This document shows positions 47,345 through 55,678 of a DNA stretch of 64,000 bases, piece after piece (within the stretch, counting starts at the first letter, position 1; each line of letters opens with the position of its first letter). The stretch is from an uncultured Actinomycetes bacterium (GTDB lineage Bacteria > Actinomycetota > Acidimicrobiia > Acidimicrobiales > RAAP-2): NCBI GenBank assembly GCA_903825765.1, contig CAIKBU010000091.1:1791-65790 (forward strand), given 5' to 3'. The translations under genes were made by a program, and so were the position numbers. The notes under the pieces were generated by a model. The model saw nothing but the letters and a program-made list of their open reading frames with translations, did not search any database and was not told the origin of the DNA.

Positions 47345-49041
47345 GCGTGTGCCTCAGTCTCAGCACCTACCACGTGGTCAGTACCGTGTTCGAGCGAGCG
47401 GTGCTCGGGGTGGTTGTAGTCCCACGTCGGGCGCTCAGAACGAATTTGTGGCAAGCGGTAGAAGTTGTGGTGCGGAGGTGGCGAGGTGGTGAACCACTCC
47501 AACGTCTGCGCATCCCAGGGGTTGTCCCCCGCCGGATACTTCTTCCAGGAGTAGCCAATATTGATGACGAACAAGATTGTCGAAACACCAATCATCAAGG
47601 CACCGAGGGTCGAGAGCTCATTGAGGTGCTGCCACTGCGGCTGCTCAGGATAGACCGCCATGCGTCGCGACATACCGTAGAGACCGAGGAGGTACTGCGG
47701 GAAGGTGAACACCTGACTTCCGAGGAAAAGGAACCAGAACTGTGCCTTGCCGAGCCGTTCGTCGAGGATGTAGCCCGTGATCTTGGGGCCCCAGTAAAAG
47801 AGACCGGCCATGGCACCAAGGACGAGCGCCATAACGACGGAGTGGAAGTGTGCGACGACAAAGTAGGTGTCGTGGGTAAAGAAGTCGAGCGGAGGGCTGG
47901 CCAAGTAGATGCCCGTAAGGCCACCGATGAGGAACGTGAAGAGAAACCCGAGCGACATCAACATCGCCGTCGAGAACCAAATCTGTCCGCGCCACATCGT
48001 GCCAATCCAGTTGAACATTTTGATACCCGTCGGCACGGCAATGAGCAGACTCATGATTGAGAAGAAGGGCAGCAGCACGACCCCCGTCGTGAACATGTGG
48101 TGTGCCCACACGCCCAAAGACAAGGCGGCAATGGTCAACGTGGCGAAAATCATGCCCTTGTAGCCAAAGACGGGCTTCTTCGAGAACACGGCAATAACTT
48201 CAGTAACCATACCGAACATCGGCAGGGCCAAGATGTACACCTCGGGGTGGCCCCAGAACCAGAAAATATGCTGCCAAAGGACAGGGACACCGCCACCCGT
48301 ATTCGAGAAAATGTGCGTGCCGAAGTGTCGGTCGCAGTACAACATGATCAGACCGGCGGTCAGAACAGGGAATGCCAGGAGAATCAAAATACCGGTAACC
48401 AGCAAGTTCCAGGTGAAAATTGGCATACGGAACATCGTCATGCCCGGCGCGCGGAGGTAGAAAATCGTCGCGGTCAGATTCACGCCAGTGAAGATGGCCG
48501 AGAAACCGGTCAGCAACAGGCCACCAATCCAGAGGTCTGCGCCAGCACCCGGCGTGTTCAACGAGTTGGACAGCGGTGCGTAGCCCACCCAGCCGAAGTT
48601 GGCGGCGCCACCGGAGGTGAAGAAGCCCGACAGCATGGTAATTGAGCCGGTCAGGTAGAGCCAGTACGACAAGGCATTCAGTCGTGGAAAGGCCATGTCG
48701 GGGGCGCCAATCTGAATTGGCACGATGATGTTGGCCAGTGCACCGAACGCGAAAGGACCAACGAACAGGTAGATCATGACCGAGCCGTGCATAGTGAACA
48801 GTTCGTTGTACTGCGCGAGCGAGACCAGCGAACCGTTGGGTGAGGACAACTGGAGTCGGATGATTTCGGCGAAGAATCCACCGATTACCAGCATGAGCAC
48901 GGAAGTGACGGTGTAGGAGAGCCCGATGATCTTATGGTCCGTCGTCGTCAACCACTTGACGATGCCCGTCGGACCATGGTGCTCGTCGCCATGGTGATCG
49001 TCGTGGTGTTGGGTGGGCGTTGGTGCAAGAACGTCAGTCAT
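47341..49041 (-). CDS. ctaD: Cytochrome c oxidase (aa3) subunit I
   Basis: 566 aa. Canonical HCO motifs include WFWGHPEVYIL and the HHMF region. Confidence 0.97.
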   Translation of the reverse strand: MTDVLAPTPTQHHDDHHGDEHHGPTGIVKWLTTTDHKIIGLSYTVTSVLMLVIGGFFAEIIRLQLSSPNGSLVSLAQYNELFTMHGSVMIYLFVGPFAFGALANIIVPIQIGAPDMAFPRLNALSYWLYLTGSITMLSGFFTSGGAANFGWVGYAPLSNSLNTPGAGADLWIGGLLLTGFSAIFTGVNLTATIFYLRAPGMTMFRMPIFTWNLLVTGILILLAFPVLTAGLIMLYCDRHFGTHIFSNTGGGVPVLWQHIFWFWGHPEVYILALPMFGMVTEVIAVFSKKPVFGYKGMIFATLTIAALSLGVWAHHMFTTGVVLLPFFSIMSLLIAVPTGIKMFNWIGTMWRGQIWFSTAMLMSLGFLFTFLIGGLTGIYLASPPLDFFTHDTYFVVAHFHSVVMALVLGAMAGLFYWGPKITGYILDERLGKAQFWFLFLGSQVFTFPQYLLGLYGMSRRMAVYPEQPQWQHLNELSTLGALMIGVSTILFVINIGYSWKKYPAGDNPWDAQTLEWFTTSPPPHHNFYRLPQIRSERPTWDYNHPEHRSLEHGTDHVVGAETEAHA

Positions 49042-49044
49042 TTG

Positions 49045-49905
49045 TTACCTTCCGAACTTCGTATTTGCGGGCAGCGTGGGAACGCCGGTGGACAGCTGTT
49101 GCTGGAGCGACGCGGCGGCGGCCTTCGCCGCGGCCTCACCCTTCGGCGTATTGAACGTGGCCAGCCACTTTTGGTAGTCCGCTGGGCTCACCACCTTGAC
49201 GCGAAAGTACATGTAGGAGTGGTAGAGGCCACAGAGCTGTGTGCACTGTCCGAAGAACGTGCCGGTGTTGGTGGCGCGGAAGGTGAACTGATTGGTGACG
49301 CCGGGTAGCGCGTAGCGAGAGAAGTTGAAGGCGTGGACGTAAAAACCGTGAATAACGTCGGTTGACGTCAGATTGACGTGGACGTTCTCGTTGGCGGGGA
49401 TCACCATGACGGGTGACTGTGTGGTCTGTCCGTACACCACGGCATTGTGACCGGGGTACAGGAATTCCCAGCCCCACTGGAACGCGTTCACATTGACGAT
49501 GACGTCCGTCTTGGGGTTCGCAACGACCTTATTCTCCACCACCAGCGTCGCGGCGAACAGTCCAATCACAATGAGGATTGGAATCACGGTGTAGATGATT
49601 TCCAGTGGCACGTTGTACTGCGTCTGCTTGGGAATCGCGTCACCCTTTTGACGGTGCATGACGATGCTCCACAACATGAGTGCGAGGGTCAGCCCACCGA
49701 CAATCACGGCGCCAATAGAGAAACCTTGCCAGAGGTGGAATGTCGACTGCGACGACGTGGTGTCACCGGGTGAGGCGCCAAACCCGGGCACCGTGCAGCC
49801 CGAGAGAACGAGGGCGGCGAACGGAAGCGCGAGGACCCGTCGAGCGCGGCGAGACGCTCGCCCACGAGTACGGGCATCCCCAGAATTTCGGACTGATTTG
49901 AGCAC
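49045..49905 (-). CDS. ctaC: Cytochrome c oxidase subunit II
   Basis: Lipoprotein-like signal (LSGC), two TM spans, and CuA site HGFYVH...CTQLCGLYHSYM. No fused heme-c CXXCH. Confidence 0.9.
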   Translation of the reverse strand: MLKSVRNSGDARTRGRASRRARRVLALPFAALVLSGCTVPGFGASPGDTTSSQSTFHLWQGFSIGAVIVGGLTLALMLWSIVMHRQKGDAIPKQTQYNVPLEIIYTVIPILIVIGLFAATLVVENKVVANPKTDVIVNVNAFQWGWEFLYPGHNAVVYGQTTQSPVMVIPANENVHVNLTSTDVIHGFYVHAFNFSRYALPGVTNQFTFRATNTGTFFGQCTQLCGLYHSYMYFRVKVVSPADYQKWLATFNTPKGEAAAKAAAASLQQQLSTGVPTLPANTKFGR

Positions 49906-49996
49906 GGTCTCACCTTAGCGACGTTCGATTTCGCGACCCAACTTGGGGAGGCATTTCAGCACTGATACTCCCTATGCACGGGCGCAATAGGACGTT

Positions 49997-50170
49997 TTAG
50001 TTACCTTCGTGGGGTTCTTCTACCGACTTCGGGTCAGCCGGCTTAATGGACTTCTCGAATTCTTTCTTGGCCGCGCCAAGGTTGCGCGCGAGTTTCGGCG
50101 CAAAACCTAAGACCACGAGCACAATCGCAACGATAATGAGGTCAGATCCCTCGAATGCACCTAGCAACAT
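49997..50170 (-). CDS. tatA: Twin-arginine translocase protein TatA/E (57 aa; below the ORF-track cutoff)
   Basis: Hand translation gives MLLGAFEGSDLIIVAIVLVVLGFAPKLARNLGAAKKEFEKSIKPADPKSVEEPHEGN. It has a TM helix, hinge and amphipathic helix as in TatA. RBS AAGGGAGAG lies upstream. Confidence 0.7.
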   Translation of the reverse strand: MLLGAFEGSDLIIVAIVLVVLGFAPKLARNLGAAKKEFEKSIKPADPKSVEEPHEGN

Positions 50171-50252
50171 GACTGCTCTCCCTTGTCCATTAGAAATCTA
50201 CCCGACCGCACGAAAAAGCCAGCCGTATCGCGCTTGAGTACGATACCCACTC

Positions 50253-50921
50253 GTGCCCTCGCTCGCCACCGCCACTTTTCGCCAGTCCCTCAGTGTGTCG
50301 TTCACTGTCGGCCTCTACGGCATCGCCTGTGGGGCGGCAAGTGTTGCCGCGGGTCTCTCGGTGCTCCAAACCTGCGCATTGTCGCTTCTCACGTTCACGG
50401 GTGCGAGTCAGTTCGCGGCGGTCGGCGTGGTTGGCGCCGGCGGCGGTGCCGCGGCCGCCATCGCAACCGCTGGGCTGCTCGGCACACGAAACGCCCTCTA
50501 CGGACTACAGATGGCTCCTCGCCTGCAGCTCCGGGGGTGGCGTCGGATTCTGGCCGCCCACTGGACAATTGATGAATCGACCAACGTCGCGATCGCACAA
50601 GAGCCGGTGGGGCCAGCGGCCGTTACTGCCGGCTTCTGGCTCACCGGTGGTGGGGTCTACCTGTTCTGGAATATCTTCACGTTGGCGGGCGCTCTCGGTG
50701 CAAAATCGATTGGCTCGCCCTCAGCCTGGGGGCTCGACGCCGCAGTTCCGGCGGCCTTCCTCGGACTCCTATGGCCACGCCTCACCACTCGATCAACCCG
50801 CGGCATTGCCGTGGGCGCTGCTCTCTTCGCTCTCGGGGCCACGACCGCACTCCCCCCAGGTACGGCCATCATCGCGAGCGCCGTTGTTGCGGTGCTCGCC
50901 GGCTGGCGAGGTAACAAATGA
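50253..50921 (+). CDS. azlC: AzlC-family branched-chain amino acid exporter subunit
   Basis: LTFTGASQFAAVGV and a polytopic profile. GTG start. Confidence 0.8.
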   Translation: MPSLATATFRQSLSVSFTVGLYGIACGAASVAAGLSVLQTCALSLLTFTGASQFAAVGVVGAGGGAAAAIATAGLLGTRNALYGLQMAPRLQLRGWRRILAAHWTIDESTNVAIAQEPVGPAAVTAGFWLTGGGVYLFWNIFTLAGALGAKSIGSPSAWGLDAAVPAAFLGLLWPRLTTRSTRGIAVGAALFALGATTALPPGTAIIASAVVAVLAGWRGNK

Positions 50922-51223
50922 CACTTTGGATAGTGGTGCTTGGCACCAGTGCGGTCTGTTTCGCCACCAAAGTGGCGGGCTATCTGATTCCTGCGCGGTG
51001 GCTGCACCATGAACGGGTGCAGCGCATCAATGCCCTCATGCCCATCGTTCTACTCAGCGCCCTCGTCGCCGTGCAGAGCCTGACGTCGAAGACCCATCTG
51101 GTGATTGATCACCGCCTGGGCGGCATGGCCGTTGCCATCGGAGCCCTCATCGCCCGTGCGCCCTTTCCCGTCGTCGTGCTGAGTGCGGCGCTTACCTCGG
51201 CGCTTCTCGTTCACTGGCACTAA
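50918..51223 (+). CDS. azlD: AzlD-family small membrane protein
   Basis: 101 aa and hydrophobic, with an ATGA overlap with azlC. Confidence 0.7.
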   Translation: MTLWIVVLGTSAVCFATKVAGYLIPARWLHHERVQRINALMPIVLLSALVAVQSLTSKTHLVIDHRLGGMAVAIGALIARAPFPVVVLSAALTSALLVHWH

Positions 51224-51227
51224 GGCG

Positions 51228-51992
51228 TTAGCGCCCCCGCCAGAGGGGCGCTCGCTTTTGCGCAAATGCCACGGCCCCCTCAAGGGCGTCCTCACTCGCC
51301 GCAATGCGCTCGAAGGCCGCTTTTGAGAGACGCCACCCCTCCACCTCAGAAACATCCATTGTGTCGCGGAGCACTTCTTTGGTTGTGCGCACCGCGAGCG
51401 GGGCGTTGGACGCAATGCGCGTGGCCAACGTGAGTGCCGCGGTGAGCACCTCGGCGCTGGGCACCACGTCATTAACGAGACCGAGCTCGTAGGCGCGCTG
51501 GGCAGTGATGGGGTCGCCCGAGAACGCCATTTGAGCGGCCACGGCCCGCGGTATTCGTCGTGGTAGCCGAAGCAGTCCCCCGGCACCAGCGAAGAGTCCC
51601 CGCTGTACTTCGGGGATGCCAAAGAGGGCGTGGTCGGCCGCAATTATGAGGTCACAACTGAGAAGTACTTCAAAACCACCCGCCAAGGCGGCGCCATTGG
51701 CGGCCCCGATGAGCGGCTTAGCGAACGGATGTTCCACCACGCCCGCGAAGCCGTGGGCGGTGAAGGGCATCTCACCTTGTGCGAACGCCTTCAGGTCCAT
51801 GCCAGCCGAAAACGCCTTATCCTCGGCACCGGTGAGTACCGCGACACGGACCTGGTCGTCATTGTCCGCCGTCGTCAACGCCTCGTCGAGTCCCTGGGCA
51901 GTGGCCAGATTTATTGCGTTACGCGCCTGGGGACGATTTATCGTAATCACGGCGACGTGGCCGTGGGTCTCGTAAAGAACGGTCTCAGTCAT
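51228..51992 (-). CDS. Enoyl-CoA hydratase/isomerase (crotonase family)
   Basis: VAVITINRPQARNAIN, FSAGMDLK and AANGAALAGGFE. ATG 51992 is preceded by AAGGAGGAAC; the 479-aa listed ORF is an artificial upstream extension. Confidence 0.9.
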   Translation of the reverse strand: MTETVLYETHGHVAVITINRPQARNAINLATAQGLDEALTTADNDDQVRVAVLTGAEDKAFSAGMDLKAFAQGEMPFTAHGFAGVVEHPFAKPLIGAANGAALAGGFEVLLSCDLIIAADHALFGIPEVQRGLFAGAGGLLRLPRRIPRAVAAQMAFSGDPITAQRAYELGLVNDVVPSAEVLTAALTLATRIASNAPLAVRTTKEVLRDTMDVSEVEGWRLSKAAFERIAASEDALEGAVAFAQKRAPLWRGR

Positions 51993-52049
51993 GTTCCTCC
52001 TTAAGGCTCGTGGCGACAACCTACCCCAGCCACGTGGAAAACTCATGAC

Positions 52050-52763
52050 GTGCGCCCCACCCCCGATCTCGTCGCGTCGTTGTGCGCTTACGCCGTCGAG
52101 GGTGGGCTCGATGGTCGCTACCAGCCGGCCACCATATTCAATCCCCTCATCGCCCTTGGTCGCCTGACGCCGCCCAGCGAGGCACTGTCGCTCTGGGATA
52201 CCTACGAAGAAGTACTCACCGCCGCGGCAGCGGTCGGGGTTCGGAACATTCGACTCGAAGTTTCGTGGGCCCGCTTGGAACCTCATCGCGGTCAGATCAA
52301 CGAGGCTGCTTTCGCGCGCTACCGATCCGTCATCGACGCCGCCCGAGCCCGTGGACTGACCATTGAGATTGCCGCGTGCGACGGGGCGTGGCCTTCGTGG
52401 CTCGGGATGGAGCCGCTGCTGTGGCCATGGACCCATCCCGTGGCCACAGCGCACCTCGCTCGCGTGGCCGGCGAATGCGACCAGGCCGATGGTGTTATTT
52501 TTCTCGCGCGGCCGGACCAGTTGGCGCAGGGCTACACCGACTCCAGCGGACCACCCTGGCGACGACGGGCGCACGAAGACGCCCTCGAGGTCACAGCGTC
52601 GTACCAACGAATTGTCCTCGAAGCCACCGCCGCGGGGTGGCTTCGCCCACTCTTTTCGTCTGATCAACCGGAACGAGCGCTTCTTGGTGGCGTCGGACCA
52701 CTCGCTCGGTCCAACGCACTACTCCACCGAGTTAGTGGGGAGTGGCGTCCGACCGCTTCTTGA
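52050..52763 (+). CDS. Short glycoside hydrolase family 1-like protein (N-terminal half only; possibly degenerate)
   Basis: IRLEVSWARLEPHRGQINEAAFARYRSVIDAARARGLTIEIA resembles the GH1 beta-2/alpha-2 region. No NEP acid/base motif could be seen. Confidence 0.35.
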   Translation: MRPTPDLVASLCAYAVEGGLDGRYQPATIFNPLIALGRLTPPSEALSLWDTYEEVLTAAAAVGVRNIRLEVSWARLEPHRGQINEAAFARYRSVIDAARARGLTIEIAACDGAWPSWLGMEPLLWPWTHPVATAHLARVAGECDQADGVIFLARPDQLAQGYTDSSGPPWRRRAHEDALEVTASYQRIVLEATAAGWLRPLFSSDQPERALLGGVGPLARSNALLHRVSGEWRPTAS

Positions 52764-53370
52764 TCTGGTGTCGAACAATAAGCGTCGTGACCACGGTCAA
52801 AATAAGTCCGAGGATGCCGTAACTGAAGAAATTGGCGTATTTTTCAATACGTGGCAGTTGCTTCCCGCCGAGGTAGCCGAGCGCGGTAAAGCCAGCACCC
52901 CAGACGAAACCACCGACGCTGTTCGCGATGAGGAACCGCGTGTAGTGCATGCGACTCATGCCGGCGAGCCCCGGCATCACGGCACGCAAAAAAGCACTGA
53001 AGCGAGCGAGAAAGACGTACGTGGCGCCTCGGCGCTGCAGCGCCACCATCGCCGAGTCGAGCTTGTCACGGTGCGGTCGCACCATGCCAATGTCGAGCAG
53101 CCTCGGTCCGAATTCGCGACCGACCACGTAGCCCACTGTGTCACCGATGATTGCCGCGGCGACCACGAGACCACCGAGCGCCACAATATTGACCCCGCCC
53201 TGGCTCGCGATTACGCCCGCCACGAGAACAGTCGTCTCACCCGGCAACACGAATCCCACGAAGAGAGCCGCTTCACCAAAGACGAGGAGGCCGACGACCA
53301 CGTAGACCAAGGTCGCCGGGAGCTTATGTAATTCACCAATGAGGAATGAAACCAAGGAAGCATCAAGCAT
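52732..53370 (-). CDS. DedA-family membrane protein (second copy in the window)
   Basis: VVGLLVFGEAALFVGFVLPGETTVL and LARFSAFLRAVMPGLAG. Confidence 0.8.
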   Translation of the reverse strand: MLDASLVSFLIGELHKLPATLVYVVVGLLVFGEAALFVGFVLPGETTVLVAGVIASQGGVNIVALGGLVVAAAIIGDTVGYVVGREFGPRLLDIGMVRPHRDKLDSAMVALQRRGATYVFLARFSAFLRAVMPGLAGMSRMHYTRFLIANSVGGFVWGAGFTALGYLGGKQLPRIEKYANFFSYGILGLILTVVTTLIVRHQIKKRSDATPH

Positions 53371-53458
53371 GCCCCTATCTTTATCGCTGCACCGCTCGAC
53401 GACGGCATTCTTAGGAGCAATTCATTAAAAGCATGGGGGGCATCCTTAGAATGACGTC

Positions 53459-54640
53459 ATGTCCAACTCCATGCCGTGGTCCCCACGATTCCCGAAACTA
53501 TCGTGGACGCCCCCATTTCGCGCTTTCGCACTAAGTGAATGGGCCTTATTGCCACTGCGGGCATTCCTCGGTCTCACGTTCCTGTATGCGGGACTCCAGA
53601 AACTCGCGAACCCCAATTTCTTCAACGCGGCGTCCGGGATTTCGATTCAAAAGCAACTCAGTGGCGCAGCTCGCTTTAGCCCCATCCACGGTTTACTGCA
53701 CGCCATGTTGCCCTACGCCGGCACCATCGGCCTCGTTGTGGCGTACGCCGAAATCGCCATTGGACTCGGAACCATTCTCGGCCTCTACGCTCGGACCGCC
53801 GCCTTCGGTGGCGCCCTTTTGTCCTTCAACCTCTTCCTCGCCGTGAGCTTTCACTCGTCGCCGTATTACACCGGCGCCGATATTGTCTTCTTCTTCGCGT
53901 GGCTTCCGTTGATGCTGGCCGGGGCGGGGCAACAGCTCTCACTCGACGGTTACCTAACGCGCATCGTCCGCACGAATCATCGCGTGGCCGGCCCCGACCT
54001 CGTGGCAATCCCCTTCGCCCAGGTGCAGCAACTCTGTGGCAACTTGGCCGGCTCGACGTGCCGTGCACTCTCCGGTGCGGCGTGTCGAAGTGACGCCTGC
54101 CCCGTTCTGCTGGGAACGAGCGCTCCGATCGCCACGCCCGTCACACTCGCCACCGTCGAGCGTCGGCGCGTGGTCCTGGGCGGGGCCACCGCGATGGCCG
54201 CCGGTACGGTCGCCCTTATCGTCGGTGGAGCCACGGCGGGTCTGGGTAAATTAATCGGTGGCGCGCCTGCTCCGACCGCCGCTCCGCCCAGTGGGAATAC
54301 CACCACAACCACCACTGCGTCCGACACACCCGCTAAGGGCCACCTCATCGGTGCAGTTAGTGCCATCCCCGTCGGCGGGGCGGCGACGTTCACCATCCCC
54401 GCCACCGGCGATCCGGGCATTGTCTTTCACACGTCCCCCGGTATTTTTGTCGCGTACGACTCAGTATGTCCCCACGCTGGCTGTCAGGTTGGCTGGTCGA
54501 AGGGCGCTTCTCTCATGGTGTGCCCCTGCCACGGTTCGGCCTTCGAAGTCGCCACTGGCAACGTTGTAAACGGCCCGGCATCGCATGGACTCACTACCTT
54601 GACGGTTCTGGAGCACGCGGGCAACCTCTACTTGCAATAG
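53459..54640 (+). CDS. DoxX-like membrane domain fused to a C-terminal Rieske [2Fe-2S] domain
   Basis: N-terminal 4-TM DoxX-like region (LRAFLGLTFLYAGLQKL). Thr/Pro-rich linker. Rieske boxes CPHAGC and CPCHGS. Confidence 0.75.
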   Translation: MSNSMPWSPRFPKLSWTPPFRAFALSEWALLPLRAFLGLTFLYAGLQKLANPNFFNAASGISIQKQLSGAARFSPIHGLLHAMLPYAGTIGLVVAYAEIAIGLGTILGLYARTAAFGGALLSFNLFLAVSFHSSPYYTGADIVFFFAWLPLMLAGAGQQLSLDGYLTRIVRTNHRVAGPDLVAIPFAQVQQLCGNLAGSTCRALSGAACRSDACPVLLGTSAPIATPVTLATVERRRVVLGGATAMAAGTVALIVGGATAGLGKLIGGAPAPTAAPPSGNTTTTTTASDTPAKGHLIGAVSAIPVGGAATFTIPATGDPGIVFHTSPGIFVAYDSVCPHAGCQVGWSKGASLMVCPCHGSAFEVATGNVVNGPASHGLTTLTVLEHAGNLYLQ

Positions 54641-54695
54641 GCGCGCCTGAACCCATTCCTCCAATCTGAACAGTCAACGCCTAGCGTTTTTCGCA

Positions 54696-55100
54696 TTGGC
54701 CCATGAACGACGCCTTTTAGTAGTTGAAGGCGACGAAGCCAACGCGCAAGCGGTTTCGGATCAACTTCGTGACGCCGGGTTCCTCGTCGATATTCGCTGC
54801 GACGGACTCGCGGGCTTCGATGCCACGATGGACGGTAACTACGACGCCATCTTGCTCGACATCATGTTGCCCAAACGCAATGGTTTCTCGGTCCGCCTCG
54901 ATTTCGGCGTCGATATCGCCACCGCTCACAAGTACTTTGAACAGTTCGTCCGCGAGGACTCGTCGCGTACTCGCTCGTCGGGTGGCACGAGTCTCGGACT
55001 CACGATTGTTGCCGACATCACCAGTCGCCACGGTGGCTCGGCGGCGTTCATCCCTACCGAGAGTGGCTCAACGATTCATCTACGCGTGCGCCGCTATCGA
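54696..55100 (+). pseudogene. Remnant of a two-component system: receiver-domain N-terminus fused in frame to a histidine-kinase ATPase C-terminus
   Basis: Residues 1-66 (RRLLVVEGDE...AILLDIMLPKRNGFSV) look like the first half of an OmpR-type receiver. They are followed directly by FEQFVREDSSRTRSSGGTSLGLTIVADITSRHGG (HK G2 box). DNA-binding, HisKA and N/G1 boxes are absent. Confidence 0.55.
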
Positions 55101-55562
55101 GTTATGTTCGAGAGTGAGCAGAAACTCTTTCACGTCTATGCCACCGCCGTAGCCACCGAGACCCGTCGCTGCGACCACGCGGTGACAGGGCACCAGCAGT
55201 GGCCAAGGATTGGCGTGATTGGCATTGCCCACCGCGCGTGCCGCCCGTGGCCGACCAATCGAGGCGGCAAGATCGGCGTAGGTAACGACCTGTCCGTACG
55301 GAATCGCCTCGAGGGCCCGCCAGCAGTCCATTTGAAATGCCGTGGCGGCGGTAGTGACCCGCGTCGGCGTGAACTGACGACGTTTTGAGGCGAAGTAGTC
55401 CACGAGTTCATTCGCGGTCTCAATCACGCGAGGTGGTGCCATTCGGGAGATTCGGCGCCCCACCATTTCATGCGGCATCAGAATGCGGTGCACGCCATGA
55501 TCATCACCGAGGACACCCCAGCGGCCAACCGGCGAAGCAACGGCGAGCAAGGAAACCTCCAT
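55080..55562 (-). CDS. ogt: Methylated-DNA-protein-cysteine methyltransferase
   Basis: Active site LLVPCHRVV, preceded by IPYGQVVTYADLA. Confidence 0.9.
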   Translation of the reverse strand: MEVSLLAVASPVGRWGVLGDDHGVHRILMPHEMVGRRISRMAPPRVIETANELVDYFASKRRQFTPTRVTTAATAFQMDCWRALEAIPYGQVVTYADLAASIGRPRAARAVGNANHANPWPLLVPCHRVVAATGLGGYGGGIDVKEFLLTLEHNSIAAHA

Positions 55563-55678
55563 ACTCCTGTTCTAGTGCATCACTGCACAAGGCAGATGGG
55601 GGGCGTTGAACAAAATTCGCCGCCCCCCATCGGGCCTCCTGGGCCTAAAACCGGCGCAAAGACTGCTAGAAATACAGA

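Noticed and set aside
47293-48060. 255-aa plus-strand ORF
   Set aside because: It is antisense to ctaD and ctaF. The composition is Arg/Glu/His-rich with no recognisable domain.
50046-50237. 63-aa plus-strand ORF
   Set aside because: It is antisense to the better-supported tatA small gene and has no ribosome-binding site.
51993-52667. 225-codon upstream extension of the enoyl-CoA hydratase ORF (listed as 479 aa)
   Set aside because: Crotonase homology starts at MTETVLYETHG. That ATG has a strong AAGGAGG ribosome-binding site. The extension is Arg/Gly/Pro-rich with no homology.
52363-53331. 322-aa plus-strand ORF
   Set aside because: It is antisense to the well-supported DedA gene and out of frame with the GH1-like ORF. 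The product is Arg/His/Glu-rich and looks nonsensical.
55101-55388. Continuation of the two-component remnant ORF
   Set aside because: It lies antisense to ogt, which has the PCHRVV active site. Kinase similarity ends near 55090, so the open frame beyond that point is fortuitous.
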